A DNA stretch of 40,789 bases. It comes from an uncultured Planctomycetaceae bacterium. Lineage in GTDB: Bacteria; Planctomycetota; Planctomycetia; Pirellulales; Pirellulaceae. Made by a program: the position numbers and the translations under genes. How positions within the stretch are numbered: the stretch's first letter is position 1; every line of letters starts with the position of its first letter. The notes under the pieces were generated by a model, which worked only from the letters and a program-made list of their open reading frames with translations, searched no databases and was not told the DNA's origin. The stretch spans positions 1 to 40,789 of the forward strand of contig CALELC010000173.1 of the NCBI GenBank assembly GCA_937904535.1, given 5' to 3'. Positions 1 through 9,678 of this stretch are shown in pieces.

Positions 1-1
1 C

Positions 2-214
2 AACATCAATATTGACGGCGACCCGCATTTGATGAAAGACACAACCTTGCTCAACCAAATCGACTTGGTGGAAGGTGAATACATCAATCGCCGCACGCTG
101 GAATTGAATCGTCGCCGGATTGAGCGGCTCAGTCTGTTGGAGGTCAATCCGGCGGTCGCCGAGCCGCCGGATATCCGTGTGATTCCGCTGGATGAGACGG
201 ATGAAACCTATTGA
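2..214 (+). CDS. 3' end of a POTRA-domain (Omp85/BamA N-terminal type) protein; the 5' part lies left of the window
   Basis: The frame is open from the window edge (NINIDGDPHLMKDTTLLNQIDLVEGEYINRRTLELNRRRIERLSLLEVNPAV...). The hydrophobic/Gly spacing resembles a POTRA repeat. The ORF stops at 212-214, directly upstream of an Omp85 barrel gene. Confidence 0.5.
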   Translation, partial: NINIDGDPHLMKDTTLLNQIDLVEGEYINRRTLELNRRRIERLSLLEVNPAVAEPPDIRVIPLDETDETY

Positions 215-311
215 TCATCCGGGTAATGAGCCCGTATGCGACAACCTCACACCCTGCCGCGTTTCAACCAGAAGCACACGAAAAGCATTTTTCGGTACGG
301 ATCCTGTCGTT

Positions 312-2042
312 ATGACCCACTCGAACCGCATGACCGCGCTGCGACGCTGGCTGCCCGCCATCGGGCCAATGCTCGTCGCGGCCGGCTGCAACCAGCTGGC
401 GCCCGGAATCAATCCGATCGCCAGCGATCCGCCCTCGTACGCTAACTATGCGGCTACCGACGCCGATTCCACGGTGGCCGCCAAACCCTGGCGCGGTCAT
501 CAAGCGTCTGCTGAAACTCCCAGCGACGGTGCGCTGATCGATGCGGACGATGCCGACGGCGAGCGCTACATCGTGCGCCAGTTCCCGCAGACCTATTCCG
601 GTTCATTGCCGGCACCCGCTCCTGCAACCCAGCCCGGTTACCAGCCGCCACCGACCTACCGTTCGCCGACCTATCAAGACACCTATGGCTCAAACCAGCC
701 ACCGAGCAGCTACCAGGTCCAACCGCCCAGCACCTATCAAGTTCAGCCGCCAACGGAGTATCAACAAGCTCAGCCGCCCAGCGGCTATGTGACACCGCCA
801 GGCATGGCTCCCACTCCGCTGCCCGCAGATAACCTTGCCTCACCGTCCGATGCGCTGCCGTTTTATCCCGGCGGTCCGCTGGCTGATTCGCTCTACGGCC
901 CGCCAGGCTCGCTCGACCCCTACCTGGGCGCACCGACCGGGCCGCCGGTCTACACGCCCAACACGCGGATGGCTGACTTGGAATTGACCGGCGTTCCTGC
1001 CCGTACGGGACGCATCATGTTCGGCGGTGCGGTCAACAGCGATGCGGGCGTGACCGGGCAGGTTACGATCGACGAACGCAACTTTGACATCACCCGTTGG
1101 CCGACCAGTTTTCAGGACTTTGCGAACGGAACTGCCTTCCGCGGGGCTGGTCAGACGCTGCGGATCGAGGCCGTACCGGGCTCGCTGTTCAAACGCTACA
1201 CCATCAGCTTTGCCGATCCCAACTTGTTCGGTTACTTGCCGATCAGCCTGGGGGTCTCCGGGTTTCTCTATGACCGCCGGTTTCAAGACTATGACGAAGA
1301 ACGGCTGGGTGGTCGCCTGAGTCTCGGTTACCGAGTGACGCCTGACCTGTCGCTTTCGGCTGGCGTGACGGGGCAGAACGTTAAAATCCACCGGCCCCGT
1401 GTGTTGGGCGTGCAGCCGCTGGACGATGTGCTCGGCGACAATGAATTGTACACGGGCGAATTCAAACTAACCCACGACACTCGCGATAGCCCGTTCCAGC
1501 CGAGCGAAGGGCACTTCTTGGAACTCGGCTATGAGCGGGCGTTTGGCGATTATGACTATTCCCGCTATGAGATCGAAAATCGCAACTACCTGCTGGTTGC
1601 ACAGCGGGCTGACGGTTCCGGCAAGCAGACGCTGTCACTCGGCACTCGGCTCGGTTTCAGTGGCAGCGAAACACCGCTGTTCGAGAACTACTTTGCCGGT
1701 GGCTATTCAACGATGCGCGGGTTTGATTTCCGCGGTGCCAGTCCGGTGATCGGCGGGGTCCAGGTCGGGGGCCGCTTTCAGTGGCTCAACACGCTGGAGT
1801 ACATGTTCCCGATCACAGCCGACGATGCCTTTCGCGGCGTAGCGTTTGTCGACTTCGGAACGGTCGAACGGGACATCGAAGTGAACCGCGAAAACTTTCG
1901 CGTGGCGCCGGGTTTAGGTCTGCGCGTGGCGATCCCAATGCTCGGCCCAGCGCCGTTGGCATTCGACTTCGCATATCCGGTGACCAAGGCTGATACCGAC
2001 GAGAAACGGATCTTCAGCTTCTACATGAGCGCCATCCGCTAG
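312..2042 (+). CDS. Omp85/BamA-family outer-membrane beta-barrel protein with a lipoprotein-like signal peptide and a P/Q/Y-rich linker, but no POTRA domain in this ORF
   Basis: The C-terminal ~370 aa read as a bacterial surface antigen (D15) barrel: TGRIMFGGAVNSDAGVTGQVTIDERNF..., alternating beta-strand pattern, and a terminal ...FSFYMSAIR aromatic-rich last strand. The signal peptide is MTHSNRMTALRRWLPAIGPMLVAAG|C. Start could be ATG 312 or ATG 330. The track ORF starts at 192, but residues 1-40 do not look coding. Confidence 0.8.
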   Translation: MTHSNRMTALRRWLPAIGPMLVAAGCNQLAPGINPIASDPPSYANYAATDADSTVAAKPWRGHQASAETPSDGALIDADDADGERYIVRQFPQTYSGSLPAPAPATQPGYQPPPTYRSPTYQDTYGSNQPPSSYQVQPPSTYQVQPPTEYQQAQPPSGYVTPPGMAPTPLPADNLASPSDALPFYPGGPLADSLYGPPGSLDPYLGAPTGPPVYTPNTRMADLELTGVPARTGRIMFGGAVNSDAGVTGQVTIDERNFDITRWPTSFQDFANGTAFRGAGQTLRIEAVPGSLFKRYTISFADPNLFGYLPISLGVSGFLYDRRFQDYDEERLGGRLSLGYRVTPDLSLSAGVTGQNVKIHRPRVLGVQPLDDVLGDNELYTGEFKLTHDTRDSPFQPSEGHFLELGYERAFGDYDYSRYEIENRNYLLVAQRADGSGKQTLSLGTRLGFSGSETPLFENYFAGGYSTMRGFDFRGASPVIGGVQVGGRFQWLNTLEYMFPITADDAFRGVAFVDFGTVERDIEVNRENFRVAPGLGLRVAIPMLGPAPLAFDFAYPVTKADTDEKRIFSFYMSAIR

Positions 2043-2112
2043 CCTCGGCCAAGGCAATGCCGCATCAAGCGCTGTTCCCAGGGACAGGCCCCGGTTTTGG
2101 CAGCGCTGACGA

Positions 2113-2334
2113 TTACCGCTCGCGGAAGATGATCCGCCCCTTGCTGAGGTCGTAGGGGGATAATTCGACCCGGACCTTGTCGCCAGGGACAATGCGGATG
2201 AAGTGTTTGCGCATCCGGCCGGCAACGTGTGCCATCACTTCGGTGCCGGTTTCGAGTTGAACGCGAAAGCGAGTATTCGCCAACGCCTGAGTTACGGTGC
2301 CTTCAACTTCGAAGGCTTCTTCCTTTTTGGCCAA
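2113..2334 (-). CDS. infA: translation initiation factor IF-1
   Basis: 73 aa, [70 protein letters not shown], a full-length S1-like IF-1 signature. The start codon is TTG (plus-strand caa at 2332-2334). Confidence 0.95.
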   Translation of the reverse strand: MAKKEEAFEVEGTVTQALANTRFRVQLETGTEVMAHVAGRMRKHFIRIVPGDKVRVELSPYDLSKGRIIFRER

Positions 2335-2576
2335 GTGTGAAAAATCCTGCTGGGTGAAATCGTTGGAAACGATCGGGTTGTATCTTCAGAGGCCAATGTT
2401 ATAGCAGGCTCTCGGGGGTCTGGCTAACGGAAAGCGATCAGCGGTGCCCAGGAATTTTCTGATTTCGGAGCTGAACAAGCCGGTTTTGGAATGCGCAAAT
2501 GACGGAGCGATCGCTACACTTCCCGCCAAATTAACTTTCCGGGAGTATCGAGGCGACGTCGCGGGAGCTGCATGCG

Positions 2577-4106
2577 ATGCTGGGATTTGCTGTCATTGTC
2601 TATCTGTTAGCGACGGTCGCGATCGGGTTATATGCCTCGACGCGCGTCCATGGGGCGAAAGACTTCATGGTGGCCGGCCGCTCGCTGCCGCTGTACATGA
2701 ACTTCGCCTGTGTGTTCGCCACCTGGTTCGGTGCCGAAACCGTGCTGTCGATCTCGGCGACCTTTACCCGCGACGGGCTCGTCGGCATCTCGGGCGACCC
2801 CTTCGGCGCGGCGACGTGCTTGGTGCTGGTCGCGCTGCTGTTTGCTCGGGCGTTCTACCGCATGGAACTGCTGACCATCGGCGACTTCTATCGCAAGCGG
2901 TTTGGCAAAGCGGTTGAGACTTTCACCGCCGCCGTGATCACGATGTCCTACCTCGGCTGGACTTCCGCCCAGATGACGGCCTTGGGGCTAGTGCTGCACG
3001 TGCTCGCCGAAGGTGCTTTTGGACCGGGGACGTTGCCGCTGACCCAGGCAATTCTGGTTGGAGCGACGGTTGTTGTGATCTACACCATCCTCGGCGGGAT
3101 GTGGTCAGTCGCCCTCACCGACCTGATTCAGACGGCGGTGATCATTATCGGGCTAATCTTGATTGCCTTGTTCTTGGCTGGTGAAGCCGGTGGCGTGGCC
3201 ACCGTGGTGGAACACGCCCGCGTCAACGACAAGTTGCGCTTGTTCCCCACGGGTGATTGGCGAGAGTGGTTGTTGTTCATCGGGCCATTCATCACGCTGG
3301 CCCTCGGATCGATTCCCCAACAAGACGTCTTCCAGCGAGTCACCAGTGCTAAGAACGAGAAGACCGCTGTCCGCGGCACCCTGTTAGGCGGGCTGTTTTA
3401 TCTGGGCTTTGCCTTCGTGCCGATGTTCATCGCCTATTGTGCGATCGTGATCGATCCGTCGTTCACGCAGTTGTTTGAGTCCGAAGATGAACGCGTGATC
3501 CAACAGATCCTGCCGTCGCTGATCCTGCAAAAGACTCCTTTCTGGGCTCAGGTGTTATTCTTTGGCGCCCTGTTGTCGGCCATTTTGTCGACCGCCAGTG
3601 GCACGCTGCTGGCACCGGCGAGCCTGTTTACCGAGAACGTGATGCGGCCGTTCTTCCCGAAGCTCGTTGAAAAGCACATGTTGCTGCTGCTGCGAGTGGT
3701 GTTGCTGCTGTTCGCCGTCGGCGCAACGCGCTATGCGGTGACCTCCAACGCGACGATGTATCAGATGGTGCAAGGAGCGTATTCCGTGCCGCTGGTCGGC
3801 GCGTTCATTCCGCTGGTGATGGGCATTTACTGGCGGCGAGCCACGACGCAAGGAGCGATGGCGTCGATCGTGTTGGGCATCACCGTGTGGCTGTTCTGCT
3901 GGTTTAGCTACGGCGATGAAGCGCTGGTGCCTCCGCAACTGGTGGGATTGGTGGCGAGCTTCTTCGGCATGCTGATCGGTTCAGTGACTCCGCAGTGGAT
4001 CGAATCGGTGCCATACTTCGATCCGATGCAACCACCGACCACGGAGCATGATCCGTTGATGGAAGAGAGCGACGAAGCCGAACCTGAAGTGGTGCTGCAG
4101 TCGTAG
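2577..4106 (+). CDS. sodium:solute symporter family (SSS/SLC5-like) transporter
   Basis: 509 aa polytopic membrane protein. The N-terminus VIVYLLATVAIGLYASTR....DFMVAGRSLPLYMNFACVFATWFGAETVLSISATF is typical of SSS transporters. It has an acidic cytoplasmic tail. Confidence 0.85.
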   Translation: MLGFAVIVYLLATVAIGLYASTRVHGAKDFMVAGRSLPLYMNFACVFATWFGAETVLSISATFTRDGLVGISGDPFGAATCLVLVALLFARAFYRMELLTIGDFYRKRFGKAVETFTAAVITMSYLGWTSAQMTALGLVLHVLAEGAFGPGTLPLTQAILVGATVVVIYTILGGMWSVALTDLIQTAVIIIGLILIALFLAGEAGGVATVVEHARVNDKLRLFPTGDWREWLLFIGPFITLALGSIPQQDVFQRVTSAKNEKTAVRGTLLGGLFYLGFAFVPMFIAYCAIVIDPSFTQLFESEDERVIQQILPSLILQKTPFWAQVLFFGALLSAILSTASGTLLAPASLFTENVMRPFFPKLVEKHMLLLLRVVLLLFAVGATRYAVTSNATMYQMVQGAYSVPLVGAFIPLVMGIYWRRATTQGAMASIVLGITVWLFCWFSYGDEALVPPQLVGLVASFFGMLIGSVTPQWIESVPYFDPMQPPTTEHDPLMEESDEAEPEVVLQS

Positions 4107-4117
4107 GCTTGGAGGCG

Positions 4118-5875
4118 TTAGTAGATTCCCGGTTCGGCGCCGGGAGTCCGGCCGGCCAAGAAATCGAAGTCGCATCCTTGGTTGGCCTGGGTGACGTGCT
4201 TCGAATAGAGCTGCCCATAACCCCGATCGAACTTCGGCTCGGGCGGCGTCCAGTTCGCCATCCGCCGCGCGATTTCGGCTTCATCAACGTGCCAGTGGAT
4301 CGTCCGCAGCGGGATGTTGATCTCGATCTCATCGCCGGTTTGTACGAGCGCTAGTGGCCCACCCAAAAAACTCTCCGGCGCCACGTGGAGCACGCAGGTC
4401 CCGTAGCTGGTGCCGCTCATCCGCGCGTCGCTGATCCGCACCATATCGCGGACACCCTGTCGCAACAGCTTTTTGGGAATCGGCAGCATGCCCCATTCCG
4501 GCAACCCCGGGGCACCGAGCGGCCCGGCGGATCGCAACACCAGCACCGAGTCAGCGGTCACGTCTAAATCAGGATCATCCAGCCGCGCCTTCATGTCCGG
4601 ATAGTCTTCAAACACCACCGCGGGACCGCGGTGGTGTTGCAGCCGCGGATCGGCTCCGAGCGGCTTGATCACGCAGCCATCGGGCGCCAGGTTGCCGCGG
4701 AGCACACAGGTGCCGCCGCTCGCCGATACCGGATTGCTCCGATCGCGGATCACTTCGGGATCGTGACGCGGAACTCCCGTGATCTGCTCGCCGAGAGTCC
4801 GGCCCGAAATCGTCAGACAGTCGGTGTGCAGCAGGTCGCGGATCTGGTCCAGCAGCGCGGGCAGACCGCCAGCGTTGAAGAAATCTTCCATCAAGAACCG
4901 GCCGCCGGGCCGCAAATCGCCGATGACTGGAGTCGATCGCGAAAGTTCGTCGAAGCGATCAAGCGTCAACTCGATGCCGGCGCGGCCCGCTAATGCGATC
5001 AAGTGGACAATCGAATTGGTTGAGCCACCGATTGAGAGCCCGGTCACCAGCGCGTTGTCGAGTGACTCGCGGGTCACCAGTTGAGAAGGACGCAGGTTTT
5101 CCCACGCGATTTCGACGGCGCGGCGGCCGGTCCGCACCGCCAGCCGACCATGGTCAGCCACCACCGACGGCGTGGCCGCGGCTCCTGGCAGCGTGAACCC
5201 CATCGCCTCCGCGATGCAGGCCATCGTGCTGGCTGTGCCCATCGTCATGCACGTGCCGGCGCTGCGAGCAATGCAGTTCTCGATCTGATTCCAATCGGCA
5301 TCACACAACACCCCGGCCCCACGCTGGTCCCAGTATTTCCAAGCGTCGCTGCCGCTGCCGAGCGTTTCGTTGCACCACCGGGCTTTGAGCATCGGTCCCG
5401 CTGGCAAGAAGATACTGGGGATGTCGGCGCTGATCGCGCCCATCAACATCGCCGGCACTGTTTTGTCGCAACCGCCCATCAGCACCGCCGCATCGATCGG
5501 ATGACAGCGCAGCACTTCCTCGACTTCCATCGACAACAGATTGCGATAGAGCATCGTGGTCGGCTTCATCAGCATCTCGCCGAGCGACATTACCGGCACT
5601 TCGACCGGAAACCCGCCCGCTTGCAGAATCCCTCGGCGAACATCGTTGGCACGCTCGCGAAAATGCGAGTGACACGTATTCAGCTCGCTCCAGGTGTTGA
5701 GGATCGCGATGATCGGTCGGTCGCGATAATCGATGTCATCAAAGCCCATGCCCTTTAGCCGGGATCGATGGCCAAACGACCGGAGATCATCGGGAGCAAA
5801 CCAGCGAGCTGAGCGAAGTTGAGCCGGGTCACGAGGTGCGGACGGATCTCGGGGCGACGAAGCGGCAGCAGACAT
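4118..5875 (-). CDS. IlvD/Edd-family dehydratase (dihydroxy-acid / sugar-acid dehydratase type)
   Basis: Motifs seen: RPIIAILNTWSELNTCHSHF, MGGCDKTVPAMLMGA (Fe-S cluster Cys), CMTMGTASTMACIAEAMG and RISDARMSGTSYGTCVLHVAPE. Its ATG (5873-5875) directly abuts the stop of the upstream gene. Confidence 0.9.
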   Translation of the reverse strand: MSAAASSPRDPSAPRDPAQLRSARWFAPDDLRSFGHRSRLKGMGFDDIDYRDRPIIAILNTWSELNTCHSHFRERANDVRRGILQAGGFPVEVPVMSLGEMLMKPTTMLYRNLLSMEVEEVLRCHPIDAAVLMGGCDKTVPAMLMGAISADIPSIFLPAGPMLKARWCNETLGSGSDAWKYWDQRGAGVLCDADWNQIENCIARSAGTCMTMGTASTMACIAEAMGFTLPGAAATPSVVADHGRLAVRTGRRAVEIAWENLRPSQLVTRESLDNALVTGLSIGGSTNSIVHLIALAGRAGIELTLDRFDELSRSTPVIGDLRPGGRFLMEDFFNAGGLPALLDQIRDLLHTDCLTISGRTLGEQITGVPRHDPEVIRDRSNPVSASGGTCVLRGNLAPDGCVIKPLGADPRLQHHRGPAVVFEDYPDMKARLDDPDLDVTADSVLVLRSAGPLGAPGLPEWGMLPIPKKLLRQGVRDMVRISDARMSGTSYGTCVLHVAPESFLGGPLALVQTGDEIEINIPLRTIHWHVDEAEIARRMANWTPPEPKFDRGYGQLYSKHVTQANQGCDFDFLAGRTPGAEPGIY

Positions 5876-8800
5876 TTACGACAAGTCTCGGATCAGGTTG
5901 TTAAAGATCTGACGGTTGGACGCCCGCACCTGACGGCAAAGCGCAACGATTTCATCAGCGTCGCGGCGGCCCATGAGCATGGCTAGTTGCCGCAGCGCCA
6001 GCGGATCGCTTGGGATCTCGTGACGTTTGGGCGTGGCGAGCAATCGCAGTTTGGATTCGACTTCCCGCAGCGTCCGGTAGTTGCTGCGGAGCGTCTCAGC
6101 GGTTTGACGATCGATCAAATCTGCATCGGCAATTCGGGCCAAGGCCTCCATCGTTCCGGGCACCAGAATCTGAGGCTGCTTGGCGGCATGGCACAATTGC
6201 AGCGTTTGGGTGATCAATTCGACATCGACCGTTCCGCCCGCAGCACGTTTGAGGTTGTCCTCACCCGCAGAAGCCTCCATCGCCAGCCGCAGCTCCTGGA
6301 CCTGCGTCGCCATCATCGGATACCACTCGCCCGCAACGATCAGCTCGCGGATCAGCGTTTCGACTCGGCTGCGCGTTTGCGGTGAGCCCGAAATCGCACG
6401 GGCCTTGCAAAGCGCCAACCGCTGAGCGAGCGTGGCTTGGCCGCGGCGGAAATACGCGGCCAAAGCATCCAGCGACGTCGCGAGGCGGCGCTCGCTGGCC
6501 GCGCCGGTGAGATCAAAAGGTACGCCCAACTCCAGCAACTGCTTGCCGTCGGCCGGTTCGTTGACCAGTGCCGTGGTGTGCCGTGCCACCTCGCTGAAAA
6601 AGGTTGCGGTGGTGGTCGTGTGACGATGGCCGCCGACCCGCCGCTGCGTTTGGCAATCCGCGGTGTAGAGAAATTGCACCTGCAGATCGCTGTGATAGTT
6701 CGGTTCCTTGGCGCCCAACTTACCGAGTGCCAGGATCACCAGCTCCACCGGTTCACCGGCAGGCGTGATCGGATCGCCGTACTGTTCGGCCAGTTCCCGC
6801 TGCACCGCTTCGCTCATCCGCCGCAGGATACATTCGGCTGTCCCCGCAAGCGCCGCATGCGTTGCTTCGAGCGACTCTTTGCCAAGGCAGTCGCGGACAC
6901 CGATCTGCAGATGTGCTCCGTTTTTAAAGCTTTGCAAAATCGTGCGAATGTCGACCGCCGTCCGGCACAACTCCGTCGACGAAGCTTCCAACCACGCATC
7001 CGACGGCAAGCGATCGAGGATCAGCGAATCGATCAACTCGTCGATCATCCCCGGATAATTGACCAGGATGCCGGTCAGATACGGACTGCACGCGCACAGC
7101 CGCACGAACAGCCGCAGCGCCGCGGGCGATGAACCGAACAGTTCCCACAAGACGGCTTTGCCGCCGAGCGAATCGCTCACCTGAGCCAGCGTTCGCAACG
7201 TACGGTGTGGATCCGGCGTCTGGCCGACTTCAGCAAGCAAGGCCGGAGCGATTTCTGCCAAGTAGTGCCGACAGCGTCGGCTGGACAGGAACGGTACCGG
7301 CTCGGTCGCTAACCGCTGCAGGTCGCTCATTGCCGCCTGCAAGTCCTGCATCCCGTGTCGCGAAAACACATCAGCGATCAACGAGCGATCCGGCTCTGGA
7401 TCGAGTACCAGTTCGGTCTCGATGGGAGTCTCTTCAAACTCGGACTCATTCCCGCGCACGGCGTCTTCGAGCAGCCGGCGGATCGTCTGTTGGTTCAGTC
7501 GACATGCAACCTCAACCGCTTGCAGCAGTTGCTCGGCGTCGCCCCGGCCCGCAGCATCGCGATAGCCAAGATTCCATGCGGTGATCGCCGGATTTGTCGC
7601 TCCCTCGGCAGAGACCGTCTGCAGTTGTCCAAAGTCGCCGCCAGCGTCCACCTGACGGCAATGCTCGTATCGCTTGAGCAACTGGTAGTGCTCGCTGAGC
7701 AGTGCCGCTTCTTGGACGGTCAAGCAATCGGCGACCAACAGCGCCTGAATTGCCGCGGACGTCGCTCTCACCCGCACGCCTTCGAGTTCCCCGCCGTTGA
7801 TGACCTGCAGCAAGCTGACGATCTGTTCGATGTCGTTCAGGCCACCGACGCGCTGACGGATATCGGTCGCGGTTTCGGGCTCGTCGGTTAGCCGGCGAGC
7901 GAACTTCCGCATCAGGGTTTGCAGCCCTTCTTGGTCGACTCGCTGCAGATACTTCCGGTACACCCAAGGTTCAATCAACTCGAGGAACGAGCCGCCCAGC
8001 GGAATGTCGCCCGCGACCACTCGGCTTTTGACATGCAGCACTCGTTCCCAGGTGCGGCCGACGAGCTGATAGTGGCGATGCGCTTCGGTAACGGTCGTCA
8101 CGACCGGGCCGTCTTCGCCCAGGGGACGCCGTGCCAGTGAGACATCGAACAGCGGACCCAGCTCCGCAGGCGGTACTCCGTCAGCCAAAACATCCGCGGC
8201 GGCGTCGATTGGCGGAGCTTCGCCCCCGTCAAACTCTGGACCTGTGGCAAGCCCCTGAGACGCCGCCGCATCGGCATCGGTCGCCGCCCAGTCACCGCGA
8301 ACCAGGGCGACCACTTCGTTGCAGAGCTGACGGAAATACTCATCGCCCGGCAGGTTCACTGCGCCGTCGGTCGGCCCACAGAGATCGCAGAGGAACATCA
8401 CCTCCAGCGGCGTGTCGTAGCCGAGTTCGCCGGCGCCGAACGCTCCCAGCCCGATCACGCTCAGGCGGCCAGGTTCTCCGTTGGGGCGACGCGGAATGCC
8501 GTAGCGGCTAGACATCTGGGCGGTGGCGAAGTGCAGAGCGGATTCGAAGATCGCTTCAGCCAGGATCGTTAACTGCGACATCACACGGCCGCTGGACGCC
8601 CCGGCGACAAACTCGCCGTAGGCAATCCGCAATCGTTCTCGGCCGGCCACGGCGCGGAGCAAGGCTGCTGCTGCCGCCGATCCGCCGCCGCAAGCGGCCA
8701 ACGCATCGAGTTCGGCCACGATCTCGTCGATCAGCACCTCGCGCCGCACATCGGCTCCGCCGCTGGCGCGCACCAAATCAAAGGATTCGGGATCGGCAAT

Positions 8801-9181
8801 CAACTGATTGGCGAGTCGGTTGCCCGTGCCGAGCAACCGCAGCAACGTGGCCAAGGCGTCTTCATCGCGCTCGAAGAACGCCAGCAACGAAGTCGGGCTG
8901 CGCGAGGCAGCGATGAATCGCTGGAGCCGTGAGACGACGGTTGCCGGATCAGCGGTTTGAGGAAGTCGCGCGCGAAGCTGAGACTGTAGCCGCTGCAATA
9001 GGTCCAACGGCACCGGCATCGACGCGATCGAACCGAGCAACCCGTCGTCCAAAACCTCATTCATGGTGAACCCGGCATAGAAGTTACGCAAAACCGCGTC
9101 GAGACCTTCCGCTGGCCAGACCGCAGCCGCGGTGGCTTGGTGATCATTGTATTGTCTGGAGCGATTCCTCCGACCACCCAT
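5876..9181 (-). CDS. GlnE-like protein (glutamine synthetase adenylyltransferase family, two tandem nucleotidyltransferase halves), divergent
   Basis: Two homologous halves each carry a GlnE-type element. The N-half has LLRLLGTGNRLANQLIADPESFDLV ... VIGLGAFGAGELGYDTPLEVMFLCD ... FDVSLARRPLGEDGPVV. The C-half has LRLFVRLCACSPYLTGILVNYPGMIDEL ... ILALGKLGAKEPNYHSDLQVQFLY. An alternative start is ATG at 9064 (MNEVLDDG...). Confidence 0.7.
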   Translation of the reverse strand: MGGRRNRSRQYNDHQATAAAVWPAEGLDAVLRNFYAGFTMNEVLDDGLLGSIASMPVPLDLLQRLQSQLRARLPQTADPATVVSRLQRFIAASRSPTSLLAFFERDEDALATLLRLLGTGNRLANQLIADPESFDLVRASGGADVRREVLIDEIVAELDALAACGGGSAAAAALLRAVAGRERLRIAYGEFVAGASSGRVMSQLTILAEAIFESALHFATAQMSSRYGIPRRPNGEPGRLSVIGLGAFGAGELGYDTPLEVMFLCDLCGPTDGAVNLPGDEYFRQLCNEVVALVRGDWAATDADAAASQGLATGPEFDGGEAPPIDAAADVLADGVPPAELGPLFDVSLARRPLGEDGPVVTTVTEAHRHYQLVGRTWERVLHVKSRVVAGDIPLGGSFLELIEPWVYRKYLQRVDQEGLQTLMRKFARRLTDEPETATDIRQRVGGLNDIEQIVSLLQVINGGELEGVRVRATSAAIQALLVADCLTVQEAALLSEHYQLLKRYEHCRQVDAGGDFGQLQTVSAEGATNPAITAWNLGYRDAAGRGDAEQLLQAVEVACRLNQQTIRRLLEDAVRGNESEFEETPIETELVLDPEPDRSLIADVFSRHGMQDLQAAMSDLQRLATEPVPFLSSRRCRHYLAEIAPALLAEVGQTPDPHRTLRTLAQVSDSLGGKAVLWELFGSSPAALRLFVRLCACSPYLTGILVNYPGMIDELIDSLILDRLPSDAWLEASSTELCRTAVDIRTILQSFKNGAHLQIGVRDCLGKESLEATHAALAGTAECILRRMSEAVQRELAEQYGDPITPAGEPVELVILALGKLGAKEPNYHSDLQVQFLYTADCQTQRRVGGHRHTTTTATFFSEVARHTTALVNEPADGKQLLELGVPFDLTGAASERRLATSLDALAAYFRRGQATLAQRLALCKARAISGSPQTRSRVETLIRELIVAGEWYPMMATQVQELRLAMEASAGEDNLKRAAGGTVDVELITQTLQLCHAAKQPQILVPGTMEALARIADADLIDRQTAETLRSNYRTLREVESKLRLLATPKRHEIPSDPLALRQLAMLMGRRDADEIVALCRQVRASNRQIFNNLIRDLS

Positions 9182-9678
9182 ATGCGGCCGGTCTCACGTA
9201 CTTCGCGCGGCCCGCGGAGGCTCTTCGAGCGGCGGCACAGGCTGCCAGCGCTGCACGGGTGAGGCGACCGAGCAACCGAACGTCTGGCCGCCGCGAGCGC
9301 TACGGAAGCGTGGGATTTCGCGGCTATCTTAGCCGCTTGAGCGCCGCTCCGTGACTCCGGTCAAAAGCGATTAACCGATTTTTTCCTCAGCCTTTTCTGA
9401 TTTGGCAGCGTCACCGCAATTCGCAACCTAGGGTTGCTCGACAGAGCGCTGCGGGACCTCGAGACGACGCCGCCTCGGCTGATGCCTGGACGCCACATCG
9501 CTGTTGACTTTTGGCAACAGGGGGCCGGTCACTAGCAACCGGAGCTAGCTCTGCAAAGCCTTACACAACAACGGCTTGCTGCATCCGTGTTGGCCTGCAC
9601 GTGGCCTCACGGCATCAGCCCTGCACGGCGGTTGCTGGCAGCCGATCTCGATATCACCAAGATGATGAGGAACTCTTC

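Noticed and set aside
192-311. N-terminal 40-residue extension of the Omp85 ORF, and the analogous upstream extensions of rpoD (9511), the secreted protein (12490), PepSY (13041), RuvC (27397), CysRS (29012), IspF (29675), DUF1552 (21894), the porin (32488) and the Tat protein (33962)
   Set aside because: The extensions are Arg/Cys/Pro-rich, non-homologous leader text. In each case an internal Met lies directly before a signal peptide or the conserved N-terminus, often with an RBS-like purine run. The internal starts were therefore preferred.
2444-2917. 157 aa ORF overlapping the start of the symporter gene
   Set aside because: It is out of frame with and overlapped by a well-supported SSS transporter. 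Its composition is Arg/Cys-rich and it shows no motifs.
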